Origin: Malacoraja senta
Taxonomy: Eukaryota
DNA length: 64,000 nt
Direction: 5' to 3'
NCBI GenBank assembly: GCA_038087875.1
Contig: CM075989.1
Span: 16,742,001-16,806,000, forward strand
A program made the position numbers and the translations under genes. The notes under the pieces were generated by a model. That model worked only from the letters and a program-made list of their open reading frames with translations, was not told the DNA's origin and searched no databases. Below are positions 26,104-37,851 of this stretch, one piece after another. How positions within the stretch are numbered: position 1 is the stretch's first letter; every line of letters begins with the position of its first letter.

Positions 26104-26724
26104 ATGTTTCTTTACTTGGAGTTCTTGTTTTTCGAGATTTTATTTCCCTAAAATAATTGTGTAATTTAGTTCTCTGTGTTACATGCCAGTGCCACATTAC
26201 AAAAAGCCTAAATCCAATTAAGACACAGCAATTCCAAACCCAATGCATTACAGAACCTGAAATATCTTTCAGCCATTTCTAGTGAGGTCAATGATTTGCT
26301 GTACAGTGTATTTCTAATTTTGTATCCTGTCTTTTCAATTATAGAGCAAGATCCAGCATAAAATATTTCTCACCTTTACTCAGATTTTGAATTTCAATGC
26401 TTTTTCATATGGGCATAGCTTTACTTTTATGTACTCATAAGCAATGAATATATTGGGACTGCAAGAGGAGGTTTGGTGGTGTAGACTACTTTATGCATTA
26501 ATCATTTACCGTTTTAAAAGAAAAACAGGAATTTCTTCACTCAAGGGGTGGTAAACCTGTGGAATTTATCACTAAAGAAGATTGTGGAAGCCTTAAATGT
26601 TTTAAATATATTGACGGTGGTATATATGATCAAAAGATATGGGGGAGAAAACAGGAATAAGGTATTAAAGTGGATGATCCTCAATGATCATATGAAATAA
26701 AGCGGTAGGACTGAAAGGCTTTAC

Positions 26725-27043
26725 TTTACTTTAGATTTTACTTAAGAGACACAACCTGGAAACAGGCCCTTCTCTGCCCACTGTGTCCGAGCCGACCAGC
26801 GACCCAATTGCTAACACTAACACTATCCTACACACTGGGGACAATTTATAATTTCGCCAAAGCCAATTAACCTACGAACCTGTACGTCTTTGGAGTGTGG
26901 GAGGAAACCGGAGACCTGGAGGAAATGCACTCGGTCACAGGGAGAACGTACAAACTCCGTACAGACAAGCACCCGGAGTCAGGATCGCACCCGGGTCTCT
27001 GGCGTTGTAAGGCAGCAACTCTACCGTTGCGCCACCGTGCCGC
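26725..27043 (-). mobile_element. V-SINE (HE1-like)
   Basis: Full-length copy homologous to the other SINEs in the window. Confidence 0.82.
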
Positions 27044-29569
27044 CTGAATGGCTTACTCCCGCTACTTTATTTCAATGCTTCTTTGATTTCAAGTTAAAAT
27101 TACACCAAGTTTTGGTAAAAGTGTTACATGCACGGAAACAAACCATAGTTAAGAAAAACAAGAAAGCTAACTGGACCCACCCAAGTGACAATGCTGCAAC
27201 TGTTATCATAAAACAAAATTACTTAGACTCACTCGTGGGTTTCTGTTAACTGAATTAATCACTGAATTATAAACAAAAAGTGCGGGAACCGCTCAGAAGG
27301 TCAAGGCAACATATGATTGATCTCAAACTCAAGCTTGTTTCATCAAAGATGCTTCATGGTCTGCTGATGATTTGCACAATTTTGCTTCCATTTCAGATGT
27401 CCAGCATTTGGAGGGGTTTTTTCATTGCTTCAAACACTGCATTTATTGCACTTCTATGTGGAGAAGATCCCCACATACTTTTAGTGAAGAAAAATGTCAA
27501 AATATTTTATTTCACTATACACATTGCCCATTTCATCATATCATTAAATCTAAGTTTCTGACTTCTTCCTATATTTTCCTTAATCCTCATTAAATTTAAC
27601 TTCTCTTCTGGCCTCTTTACTTTTTCTTACCTCTTCCTTCCCTTTCTTCCCTCTCTTTTAATAGATCTTCCCTTCTTCTCTTTTTGCTTTCTTCCCCTTT
27701 TCCCTCTTCCCATTAATGGTTGTGGACTGAAGGATGAGTAAACACACATTTCACACACCCTTTCTCCAATTAGTACTTTATTATATTATATATTGATTTA
27801 AAAATGAAATTGATAAAAATTGTAAAAGCAAATAAAAACACACTTTCCTCTTTGCACACTTTACTCAGCATTACAATTTACAATTTATAATGAAGAATAG
27901 CTATTTGATATCGAGTTAAAAGGTGTCTCCTGGCTGAGATTTTTGGTATATGAACTATTTAATTCTCATTACTTGCTGTATACTGCTTTTGTTCAGTTTC
28001 TCTTTACTGGAGGATTGAGGTAGGGAAGTTATTCATATTAGAGATTAACTTTAACATTTGTATCATGGGTGTCAGGGGTTATGGGGAGAAGGCAGGAGAA
28101 TGGGGTTAGGATGGAGAGATAGATCAGCCATGATTGAATGGCGGAGTAGACTTGATGGGCCGAACAGCCTAATTCTGCTCCTATGACTTATGACCTTATG
28201 TATCAGCCTGGCTTGTATCACGATCTTTGGAATGCAGCAACCAAAGACAATACCCACAAAGTAAAACTCAGCAGCAACAGCTTTGAACACTTGGGTGGGA
28301 AATTCTTTGCCATTTCATTCGAGCATTATGCAATGACACAAAGTTGAAACACAGTGAATTCTGGAAATCTGAAATACAAAATGTGTTTTAAATACTTAAA
28401 AGCTGGACTTCCAGCAGTTGTGGGAAAAAAACACTAATGTTTCAACTTGAAGACCTTTCATGAAATCGTATACCTTCTGATGAAAGATTGTTGATCTCAA
28501 ATATTATCTCTGTTGCTCTCCAAGGATGCTGGATGTTTTGCAGCACCTTCATGTAATGCAAAGAATTTCCACAAACCCATTAAAATGATTACTCCAGTAA
28601 ACCAGTGAATTAAGTTTAGGATCTTTAACTTGAGTCCCGCAGATAAGGAGACATGTACAGTAAAGATAACCATAAAATAATCCCTTGAACAAATAACTAA
28701 CACAAAATCTTGAATTTGAAAGATTTATACAGAGGTGTATTGCCATTATAGAACTTTAATTTGCTACTACTATTGAATTTTCTTCATGTAATGAAGATTA
28801 GAAACTTACTTCTGTGATGCCATGACCAGTGCTGACTACACAGAAACTGTACGCTCAGTCACTTAAAGGCATTTTATAAATGAGTACATACAGGTATCCT
28901 TTATCCGAGTTTAGCTGCAGGATTAAGTTGCAAAGCATGTAAAGAGGCTCCACAAATTTCAAGGACAGACACAAGGAATGAAATCAATTGTAAATGTATT
29001 GTTAATTTTTGGCATTATCAATCTTCAGAAGCTATCCAGTAAGACAGTCAACAATTGAAGTTTACATATTTCAATGTCTTAATCTTTATGTGTTTCCAGC
29101 AAACAATCACGGTGAAATAAGAAATGTGTGTTGTCTTCTGCTTAGTTCGACCTTGCAATGCAAATTTGAATATGGATGAAACACTTAAGGCAGAATTATC
29201 CATTTTAAATATTATTCTGCTTTACATTTGAACATTTGTAAGGTTGGTATAGCATTACCTTGTCAAATCCCCAAAATGTAATCCAATAAACCATGTTTCC
29301 ATAAACCATTTGACTGGTGTAAAACAAAACTATTTATGTAATGAGTATTGTAGGCGGACTGTACCCAGGTTGCTGGAGATCTAAGATGGGAGATCTACTA
29401 ACTGTGCCACCATAATGTCCCAGCAACTCCCTATCAGACAGGTGCTGTTAGACAGGAAGATCCAAGATTTTGACTGAACAAAAATGAAGCAACAAGATGA
29501 TGGATGATGGAAAACTTGGGAGAGGAAATTGGAAATGGTGGTGTTTGAGTGTCCTGATGCCAGAGTGGT

Positions 29570-29925
29570 ACATGGATAGAGTGGATGTGGAGAGGATGTT
29601 TGCACTAGTAGGAGAGTCTAGGACTAGGAGTCATAGCCTCAGAATTAAAGGTCGTTCTTTTAGGAAGGAGATGAGGAGGAATTTCTTTGGACAGAGGGTG
29701 GTGAATCTGTGGAATTCTTTGCCACAGAAGGCTGTGGAGCCAAAGTCAGTGGATATATTTAAGGCAGAGATAGATAGAATCTTGATTTGTATGGGTGTCA
29801 GTGGTTATGGGGAGAAGGCAGGAGAATGGGGTTAGGAGGGAGAGATATATCAGCCATGATTGAATGTTGGAGTAGACTTGATGTGCCGATTGGCCTAATT
29901 CTGCTCCTATCACTTATGATCTTAT
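29570..29925 (+). mobile_element. CR1 LINE 3' fragment
   Basis: DRVDVERMFALVGESRTRSHSLRIKGRSFRKEMRRNFFGQRVVNLWNSLP. Confidence 0.88.
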
Positions 29926-30395
29926 GATTGTTAAATCTTTGCCCTCTCACTTGAACTACGTTTTCTTTTGTAGCCTCCTTCACAACTTATTTTAATACTT
30001 CCTTTTGTACAATCAGCAAATTTAGCAACATAATCTGTGCTTTCATGGAAATAGTTCACAGAAAATGTAAAAAGATGAATTTTGGCAATGAACCCCATCA
30101 CCCTCACTCTATTCATTGCATGTTGTCAAACAGAACTGTTAGGAGAATAGATGGAATAGGTAATAAGAAGTATTTCCCTATAACAGGGCATCAAAAACTA
30201 GAAGTTATAGGTTTAGGGTAAAGGGTAGGATGTTCAAGGGTAGGAAAAGGTCTCTCACCCAGAGTGTGTTTAGAATCTGGAACGCACTGACTAAATGGAT
30301 GGTAAGGCAGAAACCCATAACATTTTAGTAGTATCAGGACAAGCACTTGAATTGCTGAGGCTAAGGCGGCTACAGAACAAAGACTGATAAAAGGG

Positions 30396-30587
30396 AAGAT
30401 AGACACAAAAAGCTGGAGTAACTCAGCAGCAGCATCTCTGGAGAGAAGGAATGGGTCTGAAGAAGGGTCTCAACCCGAAACGTCACCCATTCCTTCTCTC
30501 CAGAAATGCTGCCTGACCCGCTGAGTTACTCCAGCTTTTTATGTCTATCTTCGGTTTAAACCAGCATCTGCGGTTCCTTCTTATACA
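30396..30587 (+). repeat. Penelope-derived short repeat, fold-back copy enclosing a hammerhead-like core
   Basis: Long inverted arms around CTGAAGA-A-GGGT-CTCA-ACCC-GAAA-CGTC (30457-30484). Confidence 0.8.
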
Positions 30588-32484
30588 TTTTGGCTGATAA
30601 AAGGGGTTGGTATAGATAGATGCTGGAAGGTGGGCATGGAGGTGGTTGGCTGAAGAGTCAGTTACTGTGCTGTTTAACTCTGTGACTACATGCCAATATG
30701 ACCTCTCTTAAGCAATGAGGTTTTATTTTTCACAATAACTTTTGATGCAGCACATTACTAAATTATTTCTCAAAATCTATGAATAACACATCTACCAATT
30801 CTCCTAAATCAACAGCATGTTATACTTTTTCCAAAACTCCAATAGAAAAATCCAATGTGATTTCTCTTATACACACCATAATGACTCTGCCAGATGTATT
30901 CGAAGTCTGATACTTGATATTAGAGTACCAGGCATATGACAGAGGCTAGTGGTAATGACATTAATTCCGTTCATCACATGGTGAGAAATGGAGATGATCG
31001 CTGATAATTGCACAACGTTCAATTCCAAATACAATTCCTCACTCAATGAGTCTGCCTGCACAAAGCAAGACCAAGACAACATTCAGGCTGATAAGTGGCA
31101 AGTTATACTCATGCCATAAAAGGGCTCGACAATGACGTTCCCTAACCAATGTCCAACCACCTACGCTTGGCATTCAATAGCATAACCATTGGAGAGTCCC
31201 ACACTGTCAACATCCTGAGTATCAACCACATAAATTCCACCACAAGCACAGATCAGTGGGCGAATAATCTGTGGGGAGTGATTCACTTCCCCAAAGCCAC
31301 TCACCTTCTACAAGATGCAACACAATGTATGACAGAATATTCTCTACTTGTCTGGATTGGTGCAACTCCAGTGAACTCCAAAAGCTGAAGCACTTAGAAA
31401 AAAAAATGTTTGATTGACACCCTATTCATTATTCTAAATATTCATTTCTTCCAACTCTGTCACAGATTGGCAGCAATGTGTAACATTTGTAAAATACACG
31501 GCATTTATGCACTAAGGCTACTCCAACAATAGGTTCCAAATCTATCACCGTTATCAACAAGGAAGACAATCAAAACCAAAAGAATGGGAAGCTACAGGTT
31601 CCCCTCCAAATCTTGCTTCCTGACTTGGAAACCCATCACTGTTCCTCCCAACCAAACAGCACTGTTCACCAGATGGACAGCGGCAGTTTCACCTGGGCAC
31701 CAGCATCTTCTAAAAGGAATCTAGAGAGGGCCCATAACAGCCACCTTTGCCAACTATGCCATATATCACAAAAAATCAATATTAGGTTGAAGGAATTTTC
31801 TGCTGATGTAGAAGTGACATTTAGGCTAACAACCTAATAATTTTAAGCATGCATTTTAATACTTCTTCTTTGTATTTAATACTTGTGCTGAACTCCACCA
31901 CAGATTAAGATGGAAATATTAATTTTAGTTTAGTTTAGTTTATTATTGTCACAGAGGTACAGTGAAAAGCTTTTTTGTCACGTGCTATCAAGTCAGCAAA
32001 ATGACTATACTTGATTCCAATCAAGCTAAAGGGAATAACACTCTTCCTCTGACTAGTTGCTCAATTGTCTAGCTCCATTCATGACTGAACCAGACAATGA
32101 AGTAATCACTGGTTGTGGGAATTGTTTGGCTCTGTAAATTGCTTGGTGCGCCCACTGAACAGACTTTGATACCAGATTTCAGATTCAAGGAGGAGGATTC
32201 CACAGAGTCTAAATGGCCGAGTGGACCTTCAAGACCAAACCTGGTAGTCAGCTTGAAAATAAGTGGTTACCTGGATTTGTGCTCTTTTTAATATACAACT
32301 CAGTGGTTTGCTGGGGCATTACACAGGCAACTCGGAAACAATCACAATCATCTTCTCCTTCTTTGTCAGTCCCTTGAAGTCAAGTTCTACGTACTTCCAT
32401 TCCAGTTTTGTGCACCGGAAGATGCCCATGTAGGAATTACTGTCGCATAACTCTCTTTTCAGGAGAGAGATAGATTTATCTTGT

Positions 32485-32705
32485 TGTTTAAGAAGGAACT
32501 GCAGATGCTGGAAAATCCCAGGTACACAAAAATGCTGGAGAAACTCAGCGGGTGCAGCAGCATCTATGGAGCGAAGGAAATAGGTAACGTTTCGGGCCGA
32601 AACCCTTTGTCTGAAGAAGGGTTTCGGCCCGAAACGTTGCCTATTTCCTTCGCTCCATATATGCTGCTGCACCTGCTGAGTTTCTCCAGCATTTTTGTGT
32701 ACCTG
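32485..32705. repeat. Second subfamily of the Penelope-derived repeat, inverted dimer
   Basis: Palindromic arrangement; core CTGAAGAAGGGTTTCGGCCCGAAACGTT at 32611. Confidence 0.8.
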
Positions 32706-32889
32706 ATAGATTTATCTCTTCGGGCTAACGGAATCAAGGGATATGGGGAAAAAGCCGAAACGGGGTACTGATTTTGGATTTTGTACTGATTTTCTGTTTC
32801 TATGTTTCTATGACACTAAATGCTGGAGTAACTCAGCGGGTCAGGCAGTTTCCCTGGAAAGCATGGATAAGTGATGTTTCGGGTCACTG

Positions 32890-33790
32890 TTCCTATACCT
32901 CATCCCTCACCTCCATCCAGGGACCCTGACAGTCCTTCCAAGTTAGATAGAGGTTCAGTTGCACCTACTCCAACCTCACCCACTGCATCTCGATTTGGCT
33001 TCCTGTGCATCGGCAAAACCAAGCGCAGACTCAGCGACCGTTTCGCCGGACATTTGCACTTGGTCCGCCTTAGCCTCCTGTATCGTCCGGTTGTTAACCA
33101 TTTTAACTCCCCTTCCCATTACCACACTGACCTATCTATCCTGGCCTCCTCCGTTGCCAGAGTGAGGCCACACGAAAACTGGTGAAACAGCACCTCATAT
33201 TCCGCTTGGGTAGTTTACAACCCAACAGCATGAACATTGCATTCTCCAACTTTAGGTAATCCCTACAAAATACCCACGTCCCTCCACTTTCTCCCACATA
33301 AACTGCCCCCCCCCCATTATCTTCCCCCTTCCCGCTCCCCTGAGGCCCAGCTGACCTCGCACCTATCTCTCCCCTCCCCTTCCATTCCTTTCACTAGCTA
33401 CACAATTTGCCCTCGTCGATCCAGCACTTTCACAATTCACTCTCTAATCCTTTCATCTCATACCTTGTGTGTGGTCATCAAAGCCATGCATGGCCCTTGT
33501 CCAACCATCTGCCTGTCAAAAACCTTCTTCATGTGTTCACCTATGACCTGCTGTGCCTGTCCTGCTCCTCCAATCTTCTTCAGAAGGGTCTTGACCCGAA
33601 ACATCACCCGTTCCTTCTCTCCAGAGATGCTGCATGTCCCACTGAGTTACTCCAGCATTCTAATCTTCTAACTGTCTTTCCCTCCCACCTCTACAATCAG
33701 TCTGAAGAAGGGTCTCAACCCGAAACATCACCTATCCATGTCCTCCAGGGGTGCTGCCTGACCCACTGAGGTACTCCAGCATTTTCTGTC
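32890..33790 (+). mobile_element. Penelope-like element 3' fragment (GIY-YIG remnant plus terminal repeats)
   Basis: GFLCIGKTKRRLSDRFAGHL..VVNHFNSPSHYHTDLSIL; followed by two copies of the terminal repeat. Confidence 0.8.
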
Positions 33791-34185
33791 TTTCCATGTC
33801 CATGATGACCATCAATTATCCATCTACAAAATACCATTTGCCAGTCTTCTATGCCTTGGTAATTCAAGTACTCATCTACATATTTCTTAAATGATGTGAG
33901 CGTATCTGCTTCCACCATCGTGTTGTTTTCCAGATTCTGATCAAGATTTGGGTGAAAAAGCAGGTATAAGAGTGCAGATGCTGGAATCTGGAACAACAAA
34001 CAATCTGCTGTGGGAATTCTGTGGGTCGAGAAGTATCTGTGTGGGGGAGCGATTGTCAACATTTCGGGTTGATACTCTGCAGTAGGAGTGAGACTGGAGA
34101 GATGATGATACCAGTATAAAGAGAATTTCAGACTTCTCTTGCCAAAGAATTATAAATATTTTTAGAGTCCTCTTACCTTATTAAA

Positions 34186-35817
34186 TAGGTATGTTACAAT
34201 ATTTACCTTCAGCGGCGCTGCAATTCTGCCACTGGCCGTGTGCGCGATTTTGGCGCCTTTGAGGGGGGGGAGGGTTAAAACGCGGGTTTCTCCTACCTTG
34301 TCCTGAATTATATTTCGTTGGAGTGCAAGCTTTTGCTGAAGAATCGTTCCGACGGGCGTTTTGTGTATTTTATATTTTTATTCGCCCGACAATTTCAGCG
34401 CTGGAGTTATTTTAAAATCAGCTTCTAAAGCCGACAACGGGGACTATCTTTACGCACGGGACAGGTAAACGAAAGCCGTTTATTTTATGTATAAAAGTGC
34501 TTCTTAAGAGGCCTTTAATTCACTTTAAATTACGAAACGGTGATTTTTCCCCCCGAACGAACCGGCAGTATTTTTCATGCCGATACGGGGTTAAATTCAC
34601 CGCAAATGCAATGTTCCAATTGATCGCGTTCCAGAAAAACATACTCGCAAGATGATTTAAATGCCCATTAATTTACAGGTATTAAACATTAAATTCCTTC
34701 CATTTGGCCTATAATCCATGACAATGAGATTTAAAAATTATGTTATATTATGAATTCTTGTGTGAATGTTATTTGGACACTTAGGCTATTTAAAAATGTT
34801 AATCTATTCTTAAGAAATTGATAGATGTTTAGATCTAGTAATTGAATTTTGTAATTAGCTACAATTAGGTAAAGGCTCTGTCTTACGGTGTTGCGGTCAT
34901 CGGCGGTGAAGCGCGGCGTCGCCGGCAGCGGGGACCGCACGGCAATGGCCTGAGCGCCGAGCCTATGCCATGGGAGCGCCGCACGGGTGCTGCGCGGGGG
35001 CCGAGTGATTAAGTGCGGCTGGTCCCAGGAGCTTGCGGTAAGTAAAAAAAAAGGGCGGGCCGACTGCGATGACGTCATTTCGTATCTGCGGGGCTGTGGC
35101 GGCGGCCGTGCTGATCGCGGCGCTGTGGCGGCGGCCGTGCCGCACACGTGACTCACTGGCGGACGCTGTGGCAGCGGCTGTGGCAGCGGTCGTGCCTCAC
35201 TGGCGGAGGCTGTGGCGGTGCAAGTTCGACGCACGGCGCTCGTGCCACACTGGTGGCGGCTGTGGCGTCGGCCGTGCCGCACTCGTGCCTCACTGGCGGA
35301 GGCTGTGCGGTAGGAAAAGTTTTTTGAACAGTGTTGGTTTTATTTTAGCACCGTGCGGTGTTGGGAACAACGCCGCACGGCCCCGGAATTATGCGTTTGA
35401 CCGAGTGCCCAGGAGCGGTAGATTGTTCCTGTTTCGCCGCCAATGACCGCAGACTCGTGAGACAGGCCTTTAACTAACTAATTATATGCTTTAATTTCAT
35501 GTCATCTAAGTAAGATTGTTTCATATTTGTTTCAGAATGCTTCAATCTATAATAACTGAAAATGTCTTTCAGTTCTCTTAATTTTTAAGAAAGTTATGGG
35601 CTTTTGACTGTCCTCGATCACAGCTTTTGTGTTAAGTCAATGGAAAAGCAATAGGGAACACGATGCTAATTTCCGAGTATGAAAATGGCCATAACTTTTT
35701 TAATACTGAAGATGTGAAAGTGAATTAGGTGTCAAATTAAACGTCTTTTTATGCTTTATCTGATGGGATAAATTACAGACTTGATTTTTAAAATCTCAAC
35801 ATTTTGTAACATTGCTA
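34186..35817. mobile_element. Non-autonomous TIR DNA transposon (TAG...CTA ends, 7-bp TSD; hAT-like?)
   Basis: Left end TAGGTATGTTACAATAT vs right end (reverse complement) TAGCAATGTTACAAAAT; TATTAAA duplicated at 34179-34185 and 35818-35824. Confidence 0.75.
34873..35470. mobile_element. PIF/Harbinger-like MITE (GC/CpG-rich) nested in the TIR element
   Basis: ~38-bp imperfect TIRs (AGGCTCTGTCTTACG..TGCGGTCATCGGCGG); TAA TSD at 34870-34872 and 35471-35473; internal GTGCCTCACTGGCGGAGGCTGTG repeats. Confidence 0.8.
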
Positions 35818-36913
35818 TATTAAAGGCAGCAGGTGACCCTTGAAACACAAACCCTAATTGTGGCAAAGGTATGCTGTGCCAATGTTCATTGTTAAAAACA
35901 TCCATAACTTAATAAAAATGATGAAAACCATTTGAATAAAAGTCAATATGGTGCAGTAACATATGAATTTGGAGAGATAATCATCATTACTGAGGACAAA
36001 ACACACTTGATTTGATCATAAATAGGAAATCAGATGTCTTGGTTCGAACACACCTAGGTATTGTGCATGGCTTTTATTTCCTTGGCTAAAAAGATACATC
36101 ATCATAGAAGGAGCACAATGACGATTGACTAAACTGGTTCCAAGAATGGCATTTTTGCCAAATCAATAAACTAATGTGAGATCTCATTAAAACTTACATT
36201 TTGTTCTTACAGAGATAACAGATCAAATGTAGGAAGGATTCCCCTGGCAGAGGAGTCTGGAATTATGGATAGGCTATTTAGGACTGAAGTGAGAAGAAAT
36301 TTCACCACATATAGGGCTGTGAATGTTTTGAATTTTCTACCTTAGAGAGGGGCTGTGGATGCTCAGTCATTGATTTCATTCAAGCCAGAGAATTACAAAT
36401 ATCTGGATATTAAGATAATCAAGGGATTATGGGAAGAATGCAGGAAAATGCTGAATGTAGACATTAGCCATCTGCTCCTGTCTGCCTATTTCCCTTATTT
36501 ACTTAGATCTATGTAAGATGCAATTAAATGATCACCTGAGTTTGATAATGCAGAAAGTATTCATGACAGTGGATAATAAATAAATTATTTCGACATTTTG
36601 AATAAAAGCAATGCCGACATCGATGTCCATGACTGAATGTTGTTATTTGTTGTGTTTGAGTACAAGTAGTAGATTGAACCTATGGAAACCAGTAAATGTA
36701 TACAGGCCTCACTTTGTGATCTGTTGATTAACTATTCTTTTGCTAATATTTGGAATTAATTCACTTCATAAAATTGTTATCACACCTGCTAATGCTAAAT
36801 ACTTACTATTTTCTACATAATTGCACACAATTATTACTTTTCTGCATGTTCCTGACCAAAACAGTCCTACAATTACACACACACACTACTCACAAGATAA
36901 GCTGCTTAATTAC

Positions 36914-37025
36914 CTAGAATGGCCAGATGTGGACGAAGAGGAGAATGATGATGGTAATTCGGGGGGGCTGCCTTCTGTGCATTGAACAGGATACACATCT
37001 GTTAAACTGCTCAAGTTGGCAGATG
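36914..37025 (-). CDS. ZFAND6: ZFAND6 coding exon 2 (112 nt)
   Basis: ASANLSSLTDVYPVQCTEGSPPELPSSFSSSSTSGHS; resembles human SSLSESLPVQCTDGS; AG/GT boundaries. Confidence 0.93.
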
Positions 37026-37751
37026 CTACAAAAGAACAGATATGAATAAATTATACATGCCATTACTTAACATAAGATTATGAAAATGGTTAATGTAGTG
37101 CTTCTAACTTCTATACTTATTAGTCATGAATAACATGGTCAAACAATTTCAGTGTCAGTGGTAGCATTTCCAAGTAAGAAGAAGTGGGACCCTCTCAGCA
37201 CAGAGAAACAGAGAGCGCTAAAGCAGACATGCCAAAGAAATACCTTTCATCGGATAAGATATTAAATCATGGCTGTGTGATGTTTGAGGTTGCATAGATC
37301 CCAAAGCACTATTCATATAGTGAAGGAGAATTCATCTGAGGGGACGGACCCGAAATGTTGGGCATCAAAGTTTACAGGGAGAAGGGAGGAGAATGGGGTT
37401 GAGAAGGAAAAATAGATCGGCCATGATCGAATGGAGGAGCTGACTCGATGGGCTGAATAGCCTAATTTTGCTCCTATGTCTTATGAACGATAACTCTCAT
37501 TCGCTTTCCACAGATGCTGTCTGAACTGTTGATAGTTTCTAGCAATTTCTGATTTTATACAAGGAGAATTGTCCGTTGAATACTGGTAGTTATCATGTAC
37601 CCTCAATTAAGATCACTTAAAACATTATCTGGCTATTGGCAGAATATTGCAGATCCTGGAAACCTGAAACATAAACAAAAAAACACTAAGTATTCAGCAG
37701 TCATGCAGTATCTGTAGTAAGGAAAACAAATTTATTATGTTTAATTTAGGG

Positions 37752-37851
37752 ACAGCACAGTGGCGTAGCAATAGAGTTGCTGCCTTACAGCGCCAGAGAC
37801 CTGGGTTCAATCCTGACTACGGGTGGTGTGTCTGTACGGAGAATGTACATT
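37752..37851 (+). mobile_element. 5' half of a V-SINE interrupted by the DIRS element
   Basis: tRNA-like head ..GGTTCAATCC..TGTACATT; continues at 42609 with CTCCCTGTGACC. Confidence 0.85.

Noticed and set aside
34743..35446. Long Ala/Arg-rich ORFs (179 and 125 aa)
   Set aside because: By-product of a GC-rich MITE with internal repeats; no domain similarity.
37752..37815. tRNA-like sequence
   Set aside because: SINE head with A/B-box-like motifs, not a complete cloverleaf gene.
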